This document shows positions 25,084 through 38,862 of a DNA stretch of 64,000 nucleotides, piece after piece. Numbering within the stretch: position 1 is the stretch's first letter; the number at the start of each line of letters is the position of its first letter. This DNA comes from Marsupella aquatica (Eukaryota > Plantae > Marchantiophyta). The notes under the pieces were generated by a model. The model ran no database searches and was not told the DNA's origin. It saw only the letters and a program-made list of their open reading frames with translations. Both the position numbers and the translations under genes were made by a program. The stretch spans positions 62,001 to 126,000 of the forward strand of contig OZ316895.1 in the NCBI GenBank assembly GCA_973895155.1, written 5' to 3'.

Positions 25084-27416
25084 GTTAACGGGATCTGGAC
25101 TGAAGATATTCAGTTGAGTCGGGGGGTGAGACAGGGATGCCCTCTCTCCCCACTATTGTTTGAAATTTCGACCCAACCGCTAATGGATTTTTGTAATGCG
25201 GAAATCAGGGCAGGGAGATTACAAGGATTTCAAATTACTCCTGACTTGAATATCTCATTTAGATTATTTGCGGATGACATGGGTCTATTCATCCCTGTTA
25301 CGGAGTTAGCATTCGAACAGGCTACAAGCACATTGAACACTTACGAATGTGCCACTGGAGCAAAACTCAATCTCAAAAAGTCCATTGTTATCCCCTTGGG
25401 AGTAGAGGAGACCCCTGGATGGCTTAGAGTGACAGGATGTGTTATCAGTGAATCAAGAATGGTGCAGAAATACTTGGGTGCTCCATTGGGAGCTGGCTTG
25501 TCAGAAGCGCAGTTACATGGCTTCTGTCTGGATAGGATTAGCGCACGACTGTCTTCGTGGTCCTCACGCTTTCTGTCATTTACGGGCCACCTTTTGCTTG
25601 TTAAACATGTCTTGCAGGCTATACCCATATATCATATGATGTTTCTACGCTCCCCGACTGCACTGGCTAGGAAATTGACAGCATTAAGCAGGAATTTCCT
25701 TTGGGGTAACAACAGGACGGGGGGTAAAAGGTTACCCCTTGTGGCGTGGGATAAGCTGTGCAGGCCAAAGAATGTTGGCGGACTTGGCCTGAAAGACTTC
25801 AGAAGTCATTCTGATGCACTCCTCTGTAAGTGGTTTACAGGGGCATTGGATCACCTGGAGACAGAATGGGCGAAACTCTTTGCTGTAAACTTGGGATTGA
25901 CAAAATGGAGAAACTATCGATCTATACGCAGGAACCACTACTCTATGTCAGATCTAATGCTACTGGGTTCACCACGATCGTTCGGGAAATTGACTTACAC
26001 GGGCCAACTCTGGGGCGCATGGGCACTTGCTAGGGAAAACCTGATTTTCCACCGTGGGGTGGATGCAATCCTTGGACACTGGATACTGGAAGATCTAGTT
26101 CGATGCTCTCAGGATTTCTATGACCTGCCTGAGGCATACATTGGGACAGTGACTCGACTTTGTGGCAACTTAGGAATCAGGAAGGTTGGGGAATTTTGGT
26201 CCTCTACTACGAATGACTGGAGGAACTTGGATACTAGGCTGAACCGATTGAGAGGCCTCACCGATGGAGACCGAACCTTATGCCTTGCACTGATCAGAGT
26301 GGTCCACGGATCCATTTTCCTGGGTAGTGGATTTGATACCCTCGCTTGTCAATGGCAGTGGTCTGACAAGGACATACGGATTCGGCAGTTTGGCCTACCC
26401 AACTGGCGGGTATACAAAATGTTCAGGCCTAAAGGAACGGATCACCTCAGGTTGAACAGAATATGGGAAGTGAGCCATACCGATGAAGAATGGAGCAAGA
26501 TTTGGTTGCTGATCTGGACGGCAGACCTTTCCACCAGAGCACAAACGTTTCTCTAGCGGGTCTTGGCATAGGGACTATTCTCTGGATCAAGAGCAGTGAG
26601 AATTGCCAAGTCAGATGGAATTTGCATTCTGTGCCCTGGGATGATAGAGACTATTCCTCATCTTTTCACTAAATGCAGACATGCACAGCGCTGCTGGAGG
26701 GAAGCGCAGGGCTGGCTGAATGGTACAATCATTCAACCACATCAGAACCGTTGAATTAATCTCCTTATCGCTTAGGAAGAGCCCTCGGAGCACGCTTTGT
26801 CTATTTTTGATGTATCAGATCATGTGGGCTATTTGGAAGGCACGCAATGATCAGACGTTTGACCTTGCCAAAAAACAAGTTTTTAACCAGATACTTACCA
26901 TCTCCAAAACTTTGGACCACCTGACCGCAGTGGCGACTGCTACTGGTTCTAAGAATAAGTTTTACAAAGTTACACAGGCGAAACAGATTTTAGTGCAGGA
27001 ACAGATTAGGATTATTAGGAGCAAAGTGAGATGTTTGACCTCTTTCTGAGTGTGCTGATTAGGATTACTCATGTTTGCATTAGTTTACTGGCTCAGATGC
27101 TTGTCACTGATATCTGGTTTACGGGGGGCAGGACCCTCACCCCAGGGTCTTGTTTTGTTTACTCCTTGTAAATTCTTATTACAGGCTTCGGAATGCTACT
27201 TGTTAGCTGGGCTGATATTGGCTACTTTACTTTTGCTTCCCACTCACAGGGTTATTGGGTAGCCTGTTGAATGATCTTGCTTAGTGGCAAGGCACCTGGC
27301 TTGACTCTGCCCAGCTGTTGTCACTTCTCTTGAAAAACTTTTTGCCTTTTGGCCTGTTGCTCCCCCCATCTGTGGGGTTCACGCGGAATAAAATTCAATA
27401 AATTGTTTTTTTAAAA
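25084..27416 (+). mobile_element. L1-clade LINE, 5'-truncated within RT (ORF2 C-terminal half, zf-RVT, 3' UTR)
   Basis: RGVRQGCPLSP, LFADD, KYLGAPL, LVAWDKLCRPK.GGLG; CILC..ETIPHLF.C after a TGG>TAG stop; AATAAA and an A/T-rich end. Confidence 0.92.
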
Positions 27417-27565
27417 GGGGTGCATTATGGAGAATTAATGCACTCAAATATACAAAGAGAAAAGCCACGAAAGTCTTTACGTATCAAAATTATAGTATTG
27501 AAGGTGAAGGGGGGTACATGGGATGGGGGTATTCTATAACACACAGCCACAGTTGAAGCCACTTT
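27413..27565 (+). repeat. 153 bp direct repeat, copy 1 (copy 2 at 48648..48800)
   Basis: Near-identical AAAAGGGGTGCATTATGGAG...GAAGCCACTTT. Confidence 0.9.
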
Positions 27566-27576
27566 CCTTGGAATGG

Positions 27577-29203
27577 TTTTTTTTATAAATTTTAATACCG
27601 CGAAAGACCCCACGGATAGGGGGAACAACAGCCCTTAATACAGGGACAGCAACAGCACACTAGCGAGCCACAAAGAGAGCCCAAAAGCACAATAGAGAGC
27701 ATCAAAGCCCCAGGGAGAGCCCCCCATCAAAGAAGGGAAATAACACCGATCAAGAGAGCACCCATGCCCTTCCCACAGCAGCCCCCCAAAAAGCACAGAC
27801 CCCTCAATCAGCAGCGCCGCCGCTAGAGGGCACAAAGAGAATCCTGTCCCCCTATCTCAGCCAGATTTGCCTCGTTCCCCGCAACCATTCCTGAGCCCGG
27901 TTCAACCGAGAGCGACGTCGCCCAAAGTGTAAACCAGCCCCAACCGCATGGATGTGGTTGGCAGTCTCAGCAAGCATCAGGCCCATGTCAAATAAACGTC
28001 CCACCTTATCAGAGAACATATGTTCATTTCTTCCCAGCCAAATCATCCAGAGAGTCTGATGTACACAAAAGATCCTAGCAGTGTGAATAGGCTCCGGTCC
28101 TGTCGATGCATCAAGAATAGCCAGCAGACCGCCTCCAATGGGTAAGCGTAGCTCTGTCAAAATCCTATTACACATCCTCCAGCAACACGAGGCATGGGAA
28201 CAGTCAATGAACAAATGTTGCATCGTCTCCAAGACCCCACAGCAAAGCTTGCAATTCCCAGTACCAGCCTGGATACGGAGGGCCCGTTGACCAGTAAACA
28301 ATCCACCAACCAGGATCCGCCAGATAAAGGTTTTTGCTCTGCAGGAGAGGTCAGAAATCCACACTCAGCTTCTTCCATCCAATGCACCATTCAATTTCCG
28401 ACCGGTGTGAGGACCAGCACCTATTAAGCAGCACATGAAGGCTCATCTTGGGTTCTCAAGAACTGGTAGACCCTGCAGTTGGTGATCTGAAAGTCCTTGA
28501 GAGGTTCTGCCCTGTCAGACCAGCGCCACTGTCTGGCCGGAGGATCCCTGTCCCACCTACAGGCAGTTGACTCCCAAATTCTCCCTAGGAACGCTCTAGC
28601 CAGCCCTCTGTGCTCCCCCGTGAATCCTCGCAGCACCTGCCCCCTAAGCGGAAGGTCTTTCCAACCCCCCGTCTCAGCCGACCATCCGTCCTGAATTGAT
28701 CTCATTCCCAAGCGTCCGCAAATAGTAGTGACTCCTACAATGTCCACATTTGGCAATGAATTGAAATCTACCATACATCTAATTGCATCGTTAATGCTCC
28801 AGCGTCCAGGGGCACCATATCTCCCAGGACGAAAAGCCAGATGGGCACGCAGCTCCTCCCAAGCCTTCCATAGACCACTTGTATACCTGAGACCACCGCC
28901 TGCCCTAGGAGTACAGAGCAGAAGCCTATCCTTGAGCGTGTAATTGTTTCTTCTGATCACCTTGTAATTCAACCATCCCATTAAAGATAAGTTGGCTGCC
29001 AGCATCTTTGACCATTCCCTGTCTGGATACTCTAGGGCCTTAGTGAACCATTATGATAATAATGCATTGGAGTGGCTTCTAAAGTCTTTGAATCCCAGGC
29101 CGCCCTCTATTTTTGGAAGTGTCATCTTGTCCCATGCCACCAGCGGAATTTTCTTCCCACCTGCAGGATTATATCCCCACAGAAAATCTCTACAACACCT
29201 ATT
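27577..29203 (-). mobile_element. Second L1-clade LINE, heavily 5'-truncated, tail to tail with the first
   Basis: DFLWG..IPLVAWDKMTLPK.EGGLG; CKLC...ETMQHLFIDC; LWMIWLGRN; A-tail at 27577..27584. Confidence 0.88.
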
Positions 29204-29844
29204 TGAGTAAAACCAGGGTATTCATTAAATTCCAGTATTCCCTAAATATAGTTAATAAAATATTCACTAATTATGACTTAGAAGTGGTTTGCTAACCATT
29301 CTTTAGTCAAGACTCCACCTAGAAATTGAGAAATCTATATTTCATGATTTATATTCTGAAATATAAATAATAAGAACATCTCACAACCACACCTTTTACC
29401 ATGATTGTCATTGAAGACCATCAGACATCCTTATTCCATATTAGAAATCTGAACTTGTGTGAAAGGGAAAGAGTAGTACACTCATTTACTGATTTGAATT
29501 TGAAATATTGGACTAAATGTGCTAACAAATAGTATTCATACAAGTATTATCTTTAATGAGTAATTGTTTATATTAATATTGATATTAATAAGCACTTAAC
29601 ATGTAAATTAATTCCATATTTCATGATTGAAGTTAACAAACTTCAAATTTCAGTCACTTGTGTCTACTAAAACACATAATTATAAATCATTCAAAAAAGT
29701 CACTCTTAAGTCATGATTGGAGTCTTTCTTGAATGGCAAAATGGGCCCGGGCCCTATGTAATACTCCCTTGCCTCAGAGTTGCAAGGTACACTAAGTAAT
29801 CATGACTACTACTTAAACTGGGTCATCATACTTGGCCACCCATA

Positions 29845-32800
29845 CTAGCCTAGCTTGTCTACATCAATACATCTATCAAGATTGTCTTGTGCTTTAACGA
29901 CAACTGCTTTTGGGATTGAAACCAAAGCAGTCTTGGTGTTTCGTGCCTTGTAGCACCATAATATACTGTTGACACTTATTCTTTGTGGCTCGGGATATCC
30001 TTGGTTGTCACGTTCCCATTTCTTAATCCAACAATGTTTCCATCTTTCTCTTTGTCCAACTTCACTCTTGCCCATATGTGGCCGAAACCACTCAACTAAA
30101 CACACATGTTCAAGCTTGTTCTCAACATTGAGGTCTCCTTCTTCAACGTCACTCACCACTCTTCCCAAATGAACCGGGTAATTATGTTCATCCTCTGTTG
30201 CTGGTCGTTGCAAGATAAAATGACCCTTCACAATATCTACTCTTGGCTGAAAGGCTTCACGAGGCCTATTCTTCACAGGTCCAACAAATTCTTCCCTTTC
30301 ATCCAACTCACATGCAACATTGCGAAAAGTGATGGGAACATTGTCCCTCCACTTTGTTCTTGGCCAAAATCCGGCCTTTAAGTCTTCCCCATCTTCAAGT
30401 CGATATTGCACAACCTCTGTTTCTAATGTGACTAGAACAGTCTTCCAATATTGAATGAGATCATCCCACGACTCTTTTAATTCTTCTGTCTCACTTCTGT
30501 CTCCAATCAATTGAAAGAACTTCAAATGCTTTTTTATCCCTTGACGCACATCAGCCAACATGCTAATCTCTGTCATAGGTAGTCTCTTTGGTATTCCATT
30601 TGGAAGGTTTGGACATCCATCTTGTCCCCACGACCACATTTCAATACCTTCATTAGGTAGCCAAGGCACATCATCGTTTGACTTCAACTTGTACTGAAAA
30701 CTTGGCATCCCGTCATCTCGAACATAGAATCGGAATAGACGGGGTTTTCCATGCCCCACCAATGTATCTGGACCCCTTAATAGAAAAGGCTCAACATATC
30801 CTTTGAAGTCTGGTACCTCTTGTACAAAATGTGGAACAGGACTAGGCGTTCTTGCTTTCATGAACAAGCTCATCAGATCAGGCAATGTCCAAGTTGGATT
30901 ATGCATTAAAGATTCGGAGAAATTCCCAAACATTGCATCAACATCTTCATGAGTGTGCCCTACCATAAGGAAGCCAAGCTGAATCTCCTCAAAAACCTTC
31001 CTTGCCGTTAAGAGTGATAAATATCCCATAACAAATCTGTTCTTGTTATCACTAGGAGCATTGTCAAGTTGTAGTTTCAGCGTCCGTGGGAGAGGTCTAA
31101 AGCAATCATGTTTTGGCCTTGATGAGGACTTTGCTGCATATTCAAAAATGGCACCATTTCAGAACCTGTGAAAGAACCAAAAGTAGCATTCATTCCAAAA
31201 TATCGCAAAACATAAAATTAAACACATAATTAATTGTTCAAATCAACTTGTTTTGTGGAAAATAGGCACCTTGATCAGCAATAAAACTTGTGTCCTCCAT
31301 AAATGCTTTACGTACATCTTCTTCAAGAACATCTTTTCTTCCCCATAAAAGATTGTTGAAGACATTTGTTGAGTCATGTCCCTCCAAAAGAGAATTCATC
31401 ATGGGTTCTGGATTTTCCAGCATCCTAAGGATAGAGTCGATTGAGCTAATACTTGCATTTGAATCTGGTGCCCAACAAGCAAGATTATACTGGGCTACAG
31501 CTTTTGGGCCATGACCATTTGTCAAAATTCCAGTGACAGTGATTGGGAGTCGTATCGCGCCATCACAATCTTTTGGAAACCATGGCATTTTGGGGAGGGC
31601 TGTCTTACAATGATCCATTTTGTCATGAATTATGCATATTGACTCCTTTGGATGGGCAACTGAGTGCGACCTCCAAGCATGATATAAGAGCCTCCCTTGA
31701 GTGTGATCTTCATGATGTGCCTTCTCATCCTGTCTAAAAATCTCTAACTCCTCCTTCCCCCCGGAAAGACGGGCTCTCCGTTGTTGCAACTCACTGCAAG
31801 TATTGCATTTTGAAAAGTTATTTCCCTTCTTGTGAATCAAAACTTCTTTGAAGTACTTTTGGTGAAGAAAGCTCATTGTCGGTTGAGAAATGAGACCAAG
31901 GCCAAGTTTAATGTTAATATCATTGACTTTATCCCTCATATTCTCCCATGTAAGGCTTGTTGGCAACTCCCGTAGACCAACACGAGTGTTATCATCCAAT
32001 GTTCTGAGCTTTGCTGGATGATTGTATGCGCTTTCATCAATGATCATTTTCATAGACATCAAAGATTGAGAAACTCTCTCTGACATCCGTTGCTTCCCTT
32101 GGTTTCCATGCTCGGAGATCTTCAAGCCCATCTTCACATGTTTCTTCATAATATCAAACTGGGTCTTCTTCTTTCCATGCAAGACCTTCCATGCCTCCAA
32201 ACAAATTGGGACTCCTTCAATTCCCAACAACCTTTCACCTTCAGACGTGTGGAGCGCATTTTGGATAGCAAGTATTTCTTCCTCCTTCCGTTGTTGAAAT
32301 GTCTTCCTAAAATATCTCTCCCTAATTATGAGTGCCAAATCACGATCAAAATATTGACAACATTTTCTCTTACAACAATTGTTTGTACTAATGTGTAGTA
32401 TATCTTCCACAGAAAGTGCTTTCTCCCTTTTTGAGACATCTATTCAAAGCTTTTTTCGGGATCTCACTTTAGTAACATAGGATCTCTTTTGACTCAAAGC
32501 GTCTTTCAGATCTAACCCTTGATTCAAAAAATGGTACTCTAGACTTCTCCCACCAGGAGCAATTAACCTTCTGATTGGCCAGGGAACAAGACAGTCTTTG
32601 TACCTCAAATGGTCCCTCCTAGCACCATCAACAAATTCCATAATGAGGATTCCAACGTGTGAGTCACCAAGCAGAGTCCCTTGTAGCACTGCTTCCGGAT
32701 TAATTGTGCTAACCATTGCTATTGAGAAATTGATATTCTCCTCATCAAGGACCTTCACTGTCAATTCCTTCCAGTTACACTTTTGAATTATAATGTCTTC

Positions 32801-33138
32801 AAGGTTTCCTCCACCTTGTGCTCGACCATTATCATCATCGCTGTTGTCTACGCACTTGATCACTTCCTTCACTTGGCCACCACTTGATGCTAAAGGTAGT
32901 AGCTGAGATTTATCCCAAGGCACATACGACCCTTCATGGAATACCATCTGACAATCTGAATTGTCTTTAGGTAAAACCTTGATAATCTTTACAAGAACTT
33001 GATTGGACCCTAGAACAAACTTCTCAACTGTCCTCAAAGGATCAACACTGATAATTACGCCTTTGGCAACCAGCAAAGCTCCAATGCACAGTCCAACCCC
33101 TTCTCCGACCACAATCCAATGTTTTGAAGAAACCATCC
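29845..33138 (-). pseudogene. Sola-like DDD transposase (intron ~31166..31269, stop at 32444..32446, probable 1 nt frameshift)
   Basis: Cys motifs CCKRKCC and KCNTC; IIHDKMD; LQLDNAPSDNKNRF; FLMVGHTHEDVDAMF. Superfamily is assigned from recalled motifs only. Confidence 0.7.
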
Positions 33139-33386
33139 TGAATTAAGATATAAGACTATTATTATTTGCATAAATGTATTGGAAAATGATATAAACTTAT
33201 AATTTACATAATCACTAAACATAAACAAATACTCGAACATAAACATTCTTAGTTAATCATATTCCATAATGGTCTTCCTCCAAACGGCAATCTGTCAAAT
33301 CTAAGCTAAGTATTGAATAATTATCTTGTACTCAACTAGTGATGTATCATACTAACTTATGGATCATCCATAGAAACTTTTGGATG

Positions 33387-33595
33387 ACGGAACACCATTT
33401 CGCCAAAAGTAAATTAAATGGATTATCTTAATGGAATAAATGGATTATATTATTATGGGTCATCAAAGCATCGAGAATCCAATTCACGGAACAGTGTTCC
33501 GCAAAAAACATACTTAGGTCATGCTTAACGTGATTTCAACTAGTGAACAATAGTCTATATAAGGATGGATGTGTTGCACGGAACGGTGTTTCGCC
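33387..33595. promoter_or_regulatory. Three copies of the CACGGAAC-N3-GTTCCG palindrome upstream of the transposase exon
   Basis: Copies at 33387, 33483 and 33577. Confidence 0.7.
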
Positions 33596-34181
33596 AAAAA
33601 CCTAAATCTGTAAGTCAAGGATTGAAAACTAGTCCAAATGAACTGAATTTGACATTAAATTGACACCTGTCCATAATTTTAGCATAATAGAAAGAATGAA
33701 GGACATTTACTCTAGAGTCCAAACTCTTATTTTCCTTAATTAGAGATCATCTTGTCTTTTGACTCAAGGTCATCATTTTGGGTGGATCTAATAATGGGCA
33801 AGAGTGCCATTATACGATTGAACTATTCCCTCCTAAATAATGATCAGATCCTCTTCTACGGTTACTCACAAAGATACATCAAATGAAGGCTTGAGGAATA
33901 TTATTCCAATTCCGTCCTTCATTGTTCTGTACTAAAGATTTTGATAGTCATAAAGTCAAAAGCTTTAAAAATTCTGGTTGAAACAATAAAATTTATCTAG
34001 ATACTCTTAGATTTCTTGAAATGTTTGGTTATTTGAAGCCTCCTATTCAACATTGTTAAGGATGATAGTGGATAACTCCTCGTCTTATTTGTTCTACAAA
34101 CAACTTTGAGTAGAAAAAAAACAACATTCAAAGAGTAATATACAAACTGACCTGAAGCAGATTGTGATAAATTGCTTGGTT

Positions 34182-34800
34182 GTTCTAGATCTCCACCCAC
34201 AGTCGAGCTCTCAAACAAAATACATCACAATTTTGTCTCTCTGAAAGACGTTCTTTGTCGACGGCTTGCTTCCTCTCTCCGCGAAATCACCAGACCACAT
34301 CCACTTATGGAAACGGAACAAGCTATAAAACAATTGACAGACCCGTCTGTCACTTCAATCAATTGCAGCTCCTGATTACAACCTTGTAGGTTTCTGATCC
34401 ATGTCGGACTTTGATTGTCGTTACTCGATCATCTTGATTCTAGTCAATTCTAGATCTCCGCCCAGAGTCGAGCTCTCAAACAAAATAGATACAATTCTAT
34501 AACTCTGAAACACGTTCTTTGCTGATGGATCGCTTCTTCTCTCCTCCAAATCATCAAATGATATCCACTTTGGAAGGATTGCCTCCTTTCGATTCTTGGC
34601 TGTTCTAGATCTCCACCCACAGTCGAGCTCTAATCAAAATCAGAATTCTGCAACATGTTCGCTGCTGATAAATCGCTTCTTCTCTCCTCCAAATCAAAAG
34701 ACCACATCCACTTCTGGAAAACAACACATTCAAGCTCAAAGCAACTGACAAAGCCTTTACTTCAATGAATTGCAGCTCCTGCTTACAACCTCACGAGCTT
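34182..34800. repeat. Imperfect tandem triplication (TTCTAGATCTCCACCCACAGTCGAGCTC...)
   Basis: Unit starts at ~34182, ~34448 and ~34603. Confidence 0.75.
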
Positions 34801-37800
34801 TCAATCCATCGCGGACTTTGATTGTTGCTTGGAAATACTCGTCTCCAAGTAAGCAATCCTCTCTCCTAAATGAGCTCAGGTCTCCAATCTCTTGGCTCGC
34901 TCCACTCAAAAACGCTGTTCGCTTCAAATAATGAAACAAAAAGGGGGACGACGCAAGGTTAGGAAAACCGGAAACACTGTAAACCAATCCCGCTCTGTGC
35001 GACTCCGAAGTTTTGGGCTGATCGATTTGAATTTTAAATTTTGAACTGAGATCCTGATATCTTCAGTCACGATTGCCCAAGAGTAACTTTCATCATACTT
35101 ACTCACCCATGTTATAGTCGCTTCTTGAATATCGAGGCTGGAATGAAAGAAATGCAAAAAAATGAATCGCAAGTAAAATAATTCACATTGACGTAGCTAA
35201 CAAATTTTATTATCAAATGAATATTTATATGAATCGTTTAGCCCCTGCTTATTAACTAGCCAGGTGTGTAACTCTTTGTAAGAAGGCGAAGGGTTTATTC
35301 TTGAGAGCATCATTTTTGCTCATTCAGGTTTGCAACAAATAAAATATATTAAAAAATTATGGTTAATTGATCTTATAATCTCCTAGACCCAATTTGCCCG
35401 CCAATTTGTGGGATTAGCAAAATAAATCCACTCTTTTCTTCACTGTCTACCTTTGGAAATATTAAATATCACAAATTTTTATGTAATTCACCCTATTTCT
35501 TATTTCTAACACTGGATTTTTATCTCCTCAATTTACTACTAACGGAGGACCATCAGATCTGGTGATTAGCCCCACTTGTTGAGAGAAAATACAACACTGT
35601 ATACCACACACCAACAACCAGACATGCCTTACACCAACTCCTAAAATACACAGTTCACCTTTGTCATGGCTAGCTACGTCTACTCAGAATCCCAATTTAT
35701 TGACCAAATGTATCCTCATTCAAGCAAAAATATTAAGCAACACTATAGGATGCCACAATCATGAAATTATTGTTCATGGTCATGGCTTTATTACTTACCT
35801 TTGACCAGATTTTTAAAAATTTTGTGCCCTGCAAATTTGAATGAAGACCCCTTTAAAAGTGGCGCAACTGTGTATTATAGGAGTTAATTTCCAAGGCAGA
35901 GAAAATACTCGCCATGTTTTTCACCAGACAATAACAAAGGGTTTAGGTGATGAGGCCCTAACAATTTGAAAAGGTTAGTCAGCTTAATCATGATATATAT
36001 CACATCTTCTCTTTTACTGTCACTATGTCTGAGTTGCATATACACCAGCCCTGAGTGGGCTTTATAATGGGTTCCAATGCTCCCTAAGTTCCACTTTGAA
36101 ACTCAAATAGACTAATGTGCAATCATCCATTTCATCACTGGTGCACACAACAAATTACAGTAAGTTAGTAGTTCTTCCATGATTGACCAGAGAAGAGACT
36201 CACTTTAATATTCAATCAGACTCAAAGGGATAAATATCCCTCACAAACACAAATAAACAAAGTACTTGACATATGACACCCATGATATAGACCACAAAAC
36301 CCAGATAGTATAATACACTATACTATCACTCCAAATGGTGTGACAGAGGAGATAGATTAATGAGCTATTTAGAAAGGAGGTTTGTTGGTGTCTCCAAAAA
36401 TTGTGATCCTTAGTTGTATCAGGGTTACTTGTGATTGCCCACATAGTTTTATGGACTAGAAAAATTTGAGATTGAAGCAACTTTTGAGGAGATAAAATAC
36501 AGTCACTCTAATGAGCTAGACAGTGTTTTATATGCCCCACCATTGCCTCAAGGCCCTTCAGCATGAAGGGAGCTAAATAGCTATGAAAGATCCTAGTCCT
36601 CAAGTAGAAAATGAGGGATTGAATTTCTCACCTGTGGCCATATCAACAAGGACATTTAACTCAAGCAAATGTGGACTCATACGTCATGGATTGAACAATT
36701 ATCAAGTAACTTGCAACTTCAAAATTGGATGAAGGGGCCTGAACTCTCGTGCTTTACAAAGAAACCCATTAATTTGAAGACAATTTCAGAATGCTTATAA
36801 ACTGACAGACAAATATAAGAAGCCTCAATGTTTGACAGTAAACCCTAAACCCTAATTATAGTTAGGGTTTAGACCCTAATGAGACCTTCACACGGAAAAC
36901 CATACAACTACATAACACAAGGTAGTGTGAGATTCTATTAAAGGATTGTAAGCAAGGGGTCTAGCTGAGGTGGTAAAGCAATTGAGAGATACCCCAGCCT
37001 GGGACCTCACTCCTTTCTAATACCAGCGGGAATACCAGGCAATGTGAGGAATATGAAACAATGTTTTTGGGCAAAGTGGGGAGGCAATAGGCCAAGATAT
37101 ATGCATGATAATATTACTGGTACACGAGTTTTACTAACTATAATTGCTACACATGGCAACCCGTGGCCACCTTTATAAATGGACAAGTTCTCTGAGGGGT
37201 GAGGATTCAGAGTTGGTGGGCATGTGGCAATGGACTCCATCCAATGGTGCATGATTGAAGTATTAACCCCACCACCCCCTTGAGATATAACCCCCCCCCC
37301 CCCCCCCTCACCTTTGAAATAAAACCCCCTCTAAACCCCCTTAAGTGTATTCTTGCTAATTTGTCATTCATACTTTGGCATGAAGGGTTTGATGTGTGGG
37401 GTGAGTTTAGGAACAAACTTATCTTCATGTAACCCTGGAATTGAAAAGTAACCCTTTTAGTCACAAATGAAGCCATTTAATGAGTTATGCCCCTTGCCTA
37501 TACATGATTACCCCTCCTTCCGACTGCATTGTTATGTTTTATACACAAACTATGGTTTTACGTCCAATGGTAGTGCATTTTTTGGACTTTGGGTTGGCCT
37601 CATGTGTACTTTGTATGTGCCCATGTAAATACCTTTGTGAAATTTAGTAAAGGGGCCAATGGAGTAAAGGAACAATAAAGAGGAGGGGCCGATAGGAGGC
37701 AATCATCCCCCTGTTTTTACTAGACAGTGAAATGCCATATAGTTCTCTTGTGGTCAAGGAAAGTTGGTGCCCTGGAAAAACAAAGCATTACTTTAGATGT

Positions 37801-38171
37801 GTTTAATAAGGATGGTACAATATATCATCATTCCTAGGCTTTAATATCAGCTGGGCACTTACACACCAAACAATGATAATACCCCTTTTGAAATATGTCT
37901 ATTGATGACATTTTCTATGTGAGGGTCTATTTCTAGGAGGTCTCTAATACGACTAGTGGCATTTAGGGGTCCTAAAAGTACCAAAACAAGAAGGTCAAGA
38001 TAGCCCATACCAATAGTAGCCACGTCTCCTCCTCACAAAAGTCATAAAAGGTGTAAGTTTTAAAAGACAAGCCAGTTTAGTTCCACCATTGGGTAGGATA
38101 GTGCACTCTATTTGCCCTAATCTTAGGTTTATTGGAAAGCTGGCTATCAACGAGCTCTTCATTTCTATTAT

Positions 38172-38862
38172 ATATACTAGTGGTCCTCAAGGGAAACACA
38201 ACAATTGGATGATAATTGGGAAGGTATATAGGGTTTAGAAAATACCCCGGAAAACTAAAGGAGGGGCTCTAAAGTGGGGGTTTGGCGACATGTTGAGCAA
38301 AAAATACAAAGGAAGGGTAAGGTTGGGAAAACGGGGATATTTAGGGAAGGGGACATGGTCTCAGAAAATTGAGTTTGTATTTGGAATCAGGGGGTACTGC
38401 TTACTCTACTCAGTGAATTTGGGTTCCACTTGAGAAGTTCAAAAAATGGCATTTCTGGAAGGGTACTAGGCTTTCGGAACACTTGTTTCAAAATTGGATA
38501 ATTATCTAAGAAAGGTGCACTCTATTACAGCTAATGTTAGGCTCAATAGAAAGCTATTAACAACCTCTTCACTTCTCACATAGTAGTCGTCAATAATAAA
38601 TCCATTTTGTGCACATTCAGCGGGATTCAGTTTGGGGAGTTTTTGAGCAAAAAGTACACAAAATGACTTTCTTATTGAGCAAAAAATACATAATGCAAGT
38701 TGATGGCATGACAAATATGGTACACTTAAGAAAGAATTGATAATGCAAGAAATAAGATGCGTTGACTTGCATGAGGGCATTGTGTTTCTATACTAGTGGT
38801 CCTCAAGGGCAACACAACAATTGGATGATAATTGGGAAGGTATAGGGTTTAGAAAATACCCC
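38172..38862. repeat. ~75 bp direct repeat pair about 615 bp apart
   Basis: TATACTAGTGGTCCTCAAGGG.AACACAACAATTGGATGATAATTGGGAAGGTATA.GGGTTTAGAAAATACCCC at ~38172 and ~38789. Confidence 0.8.
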
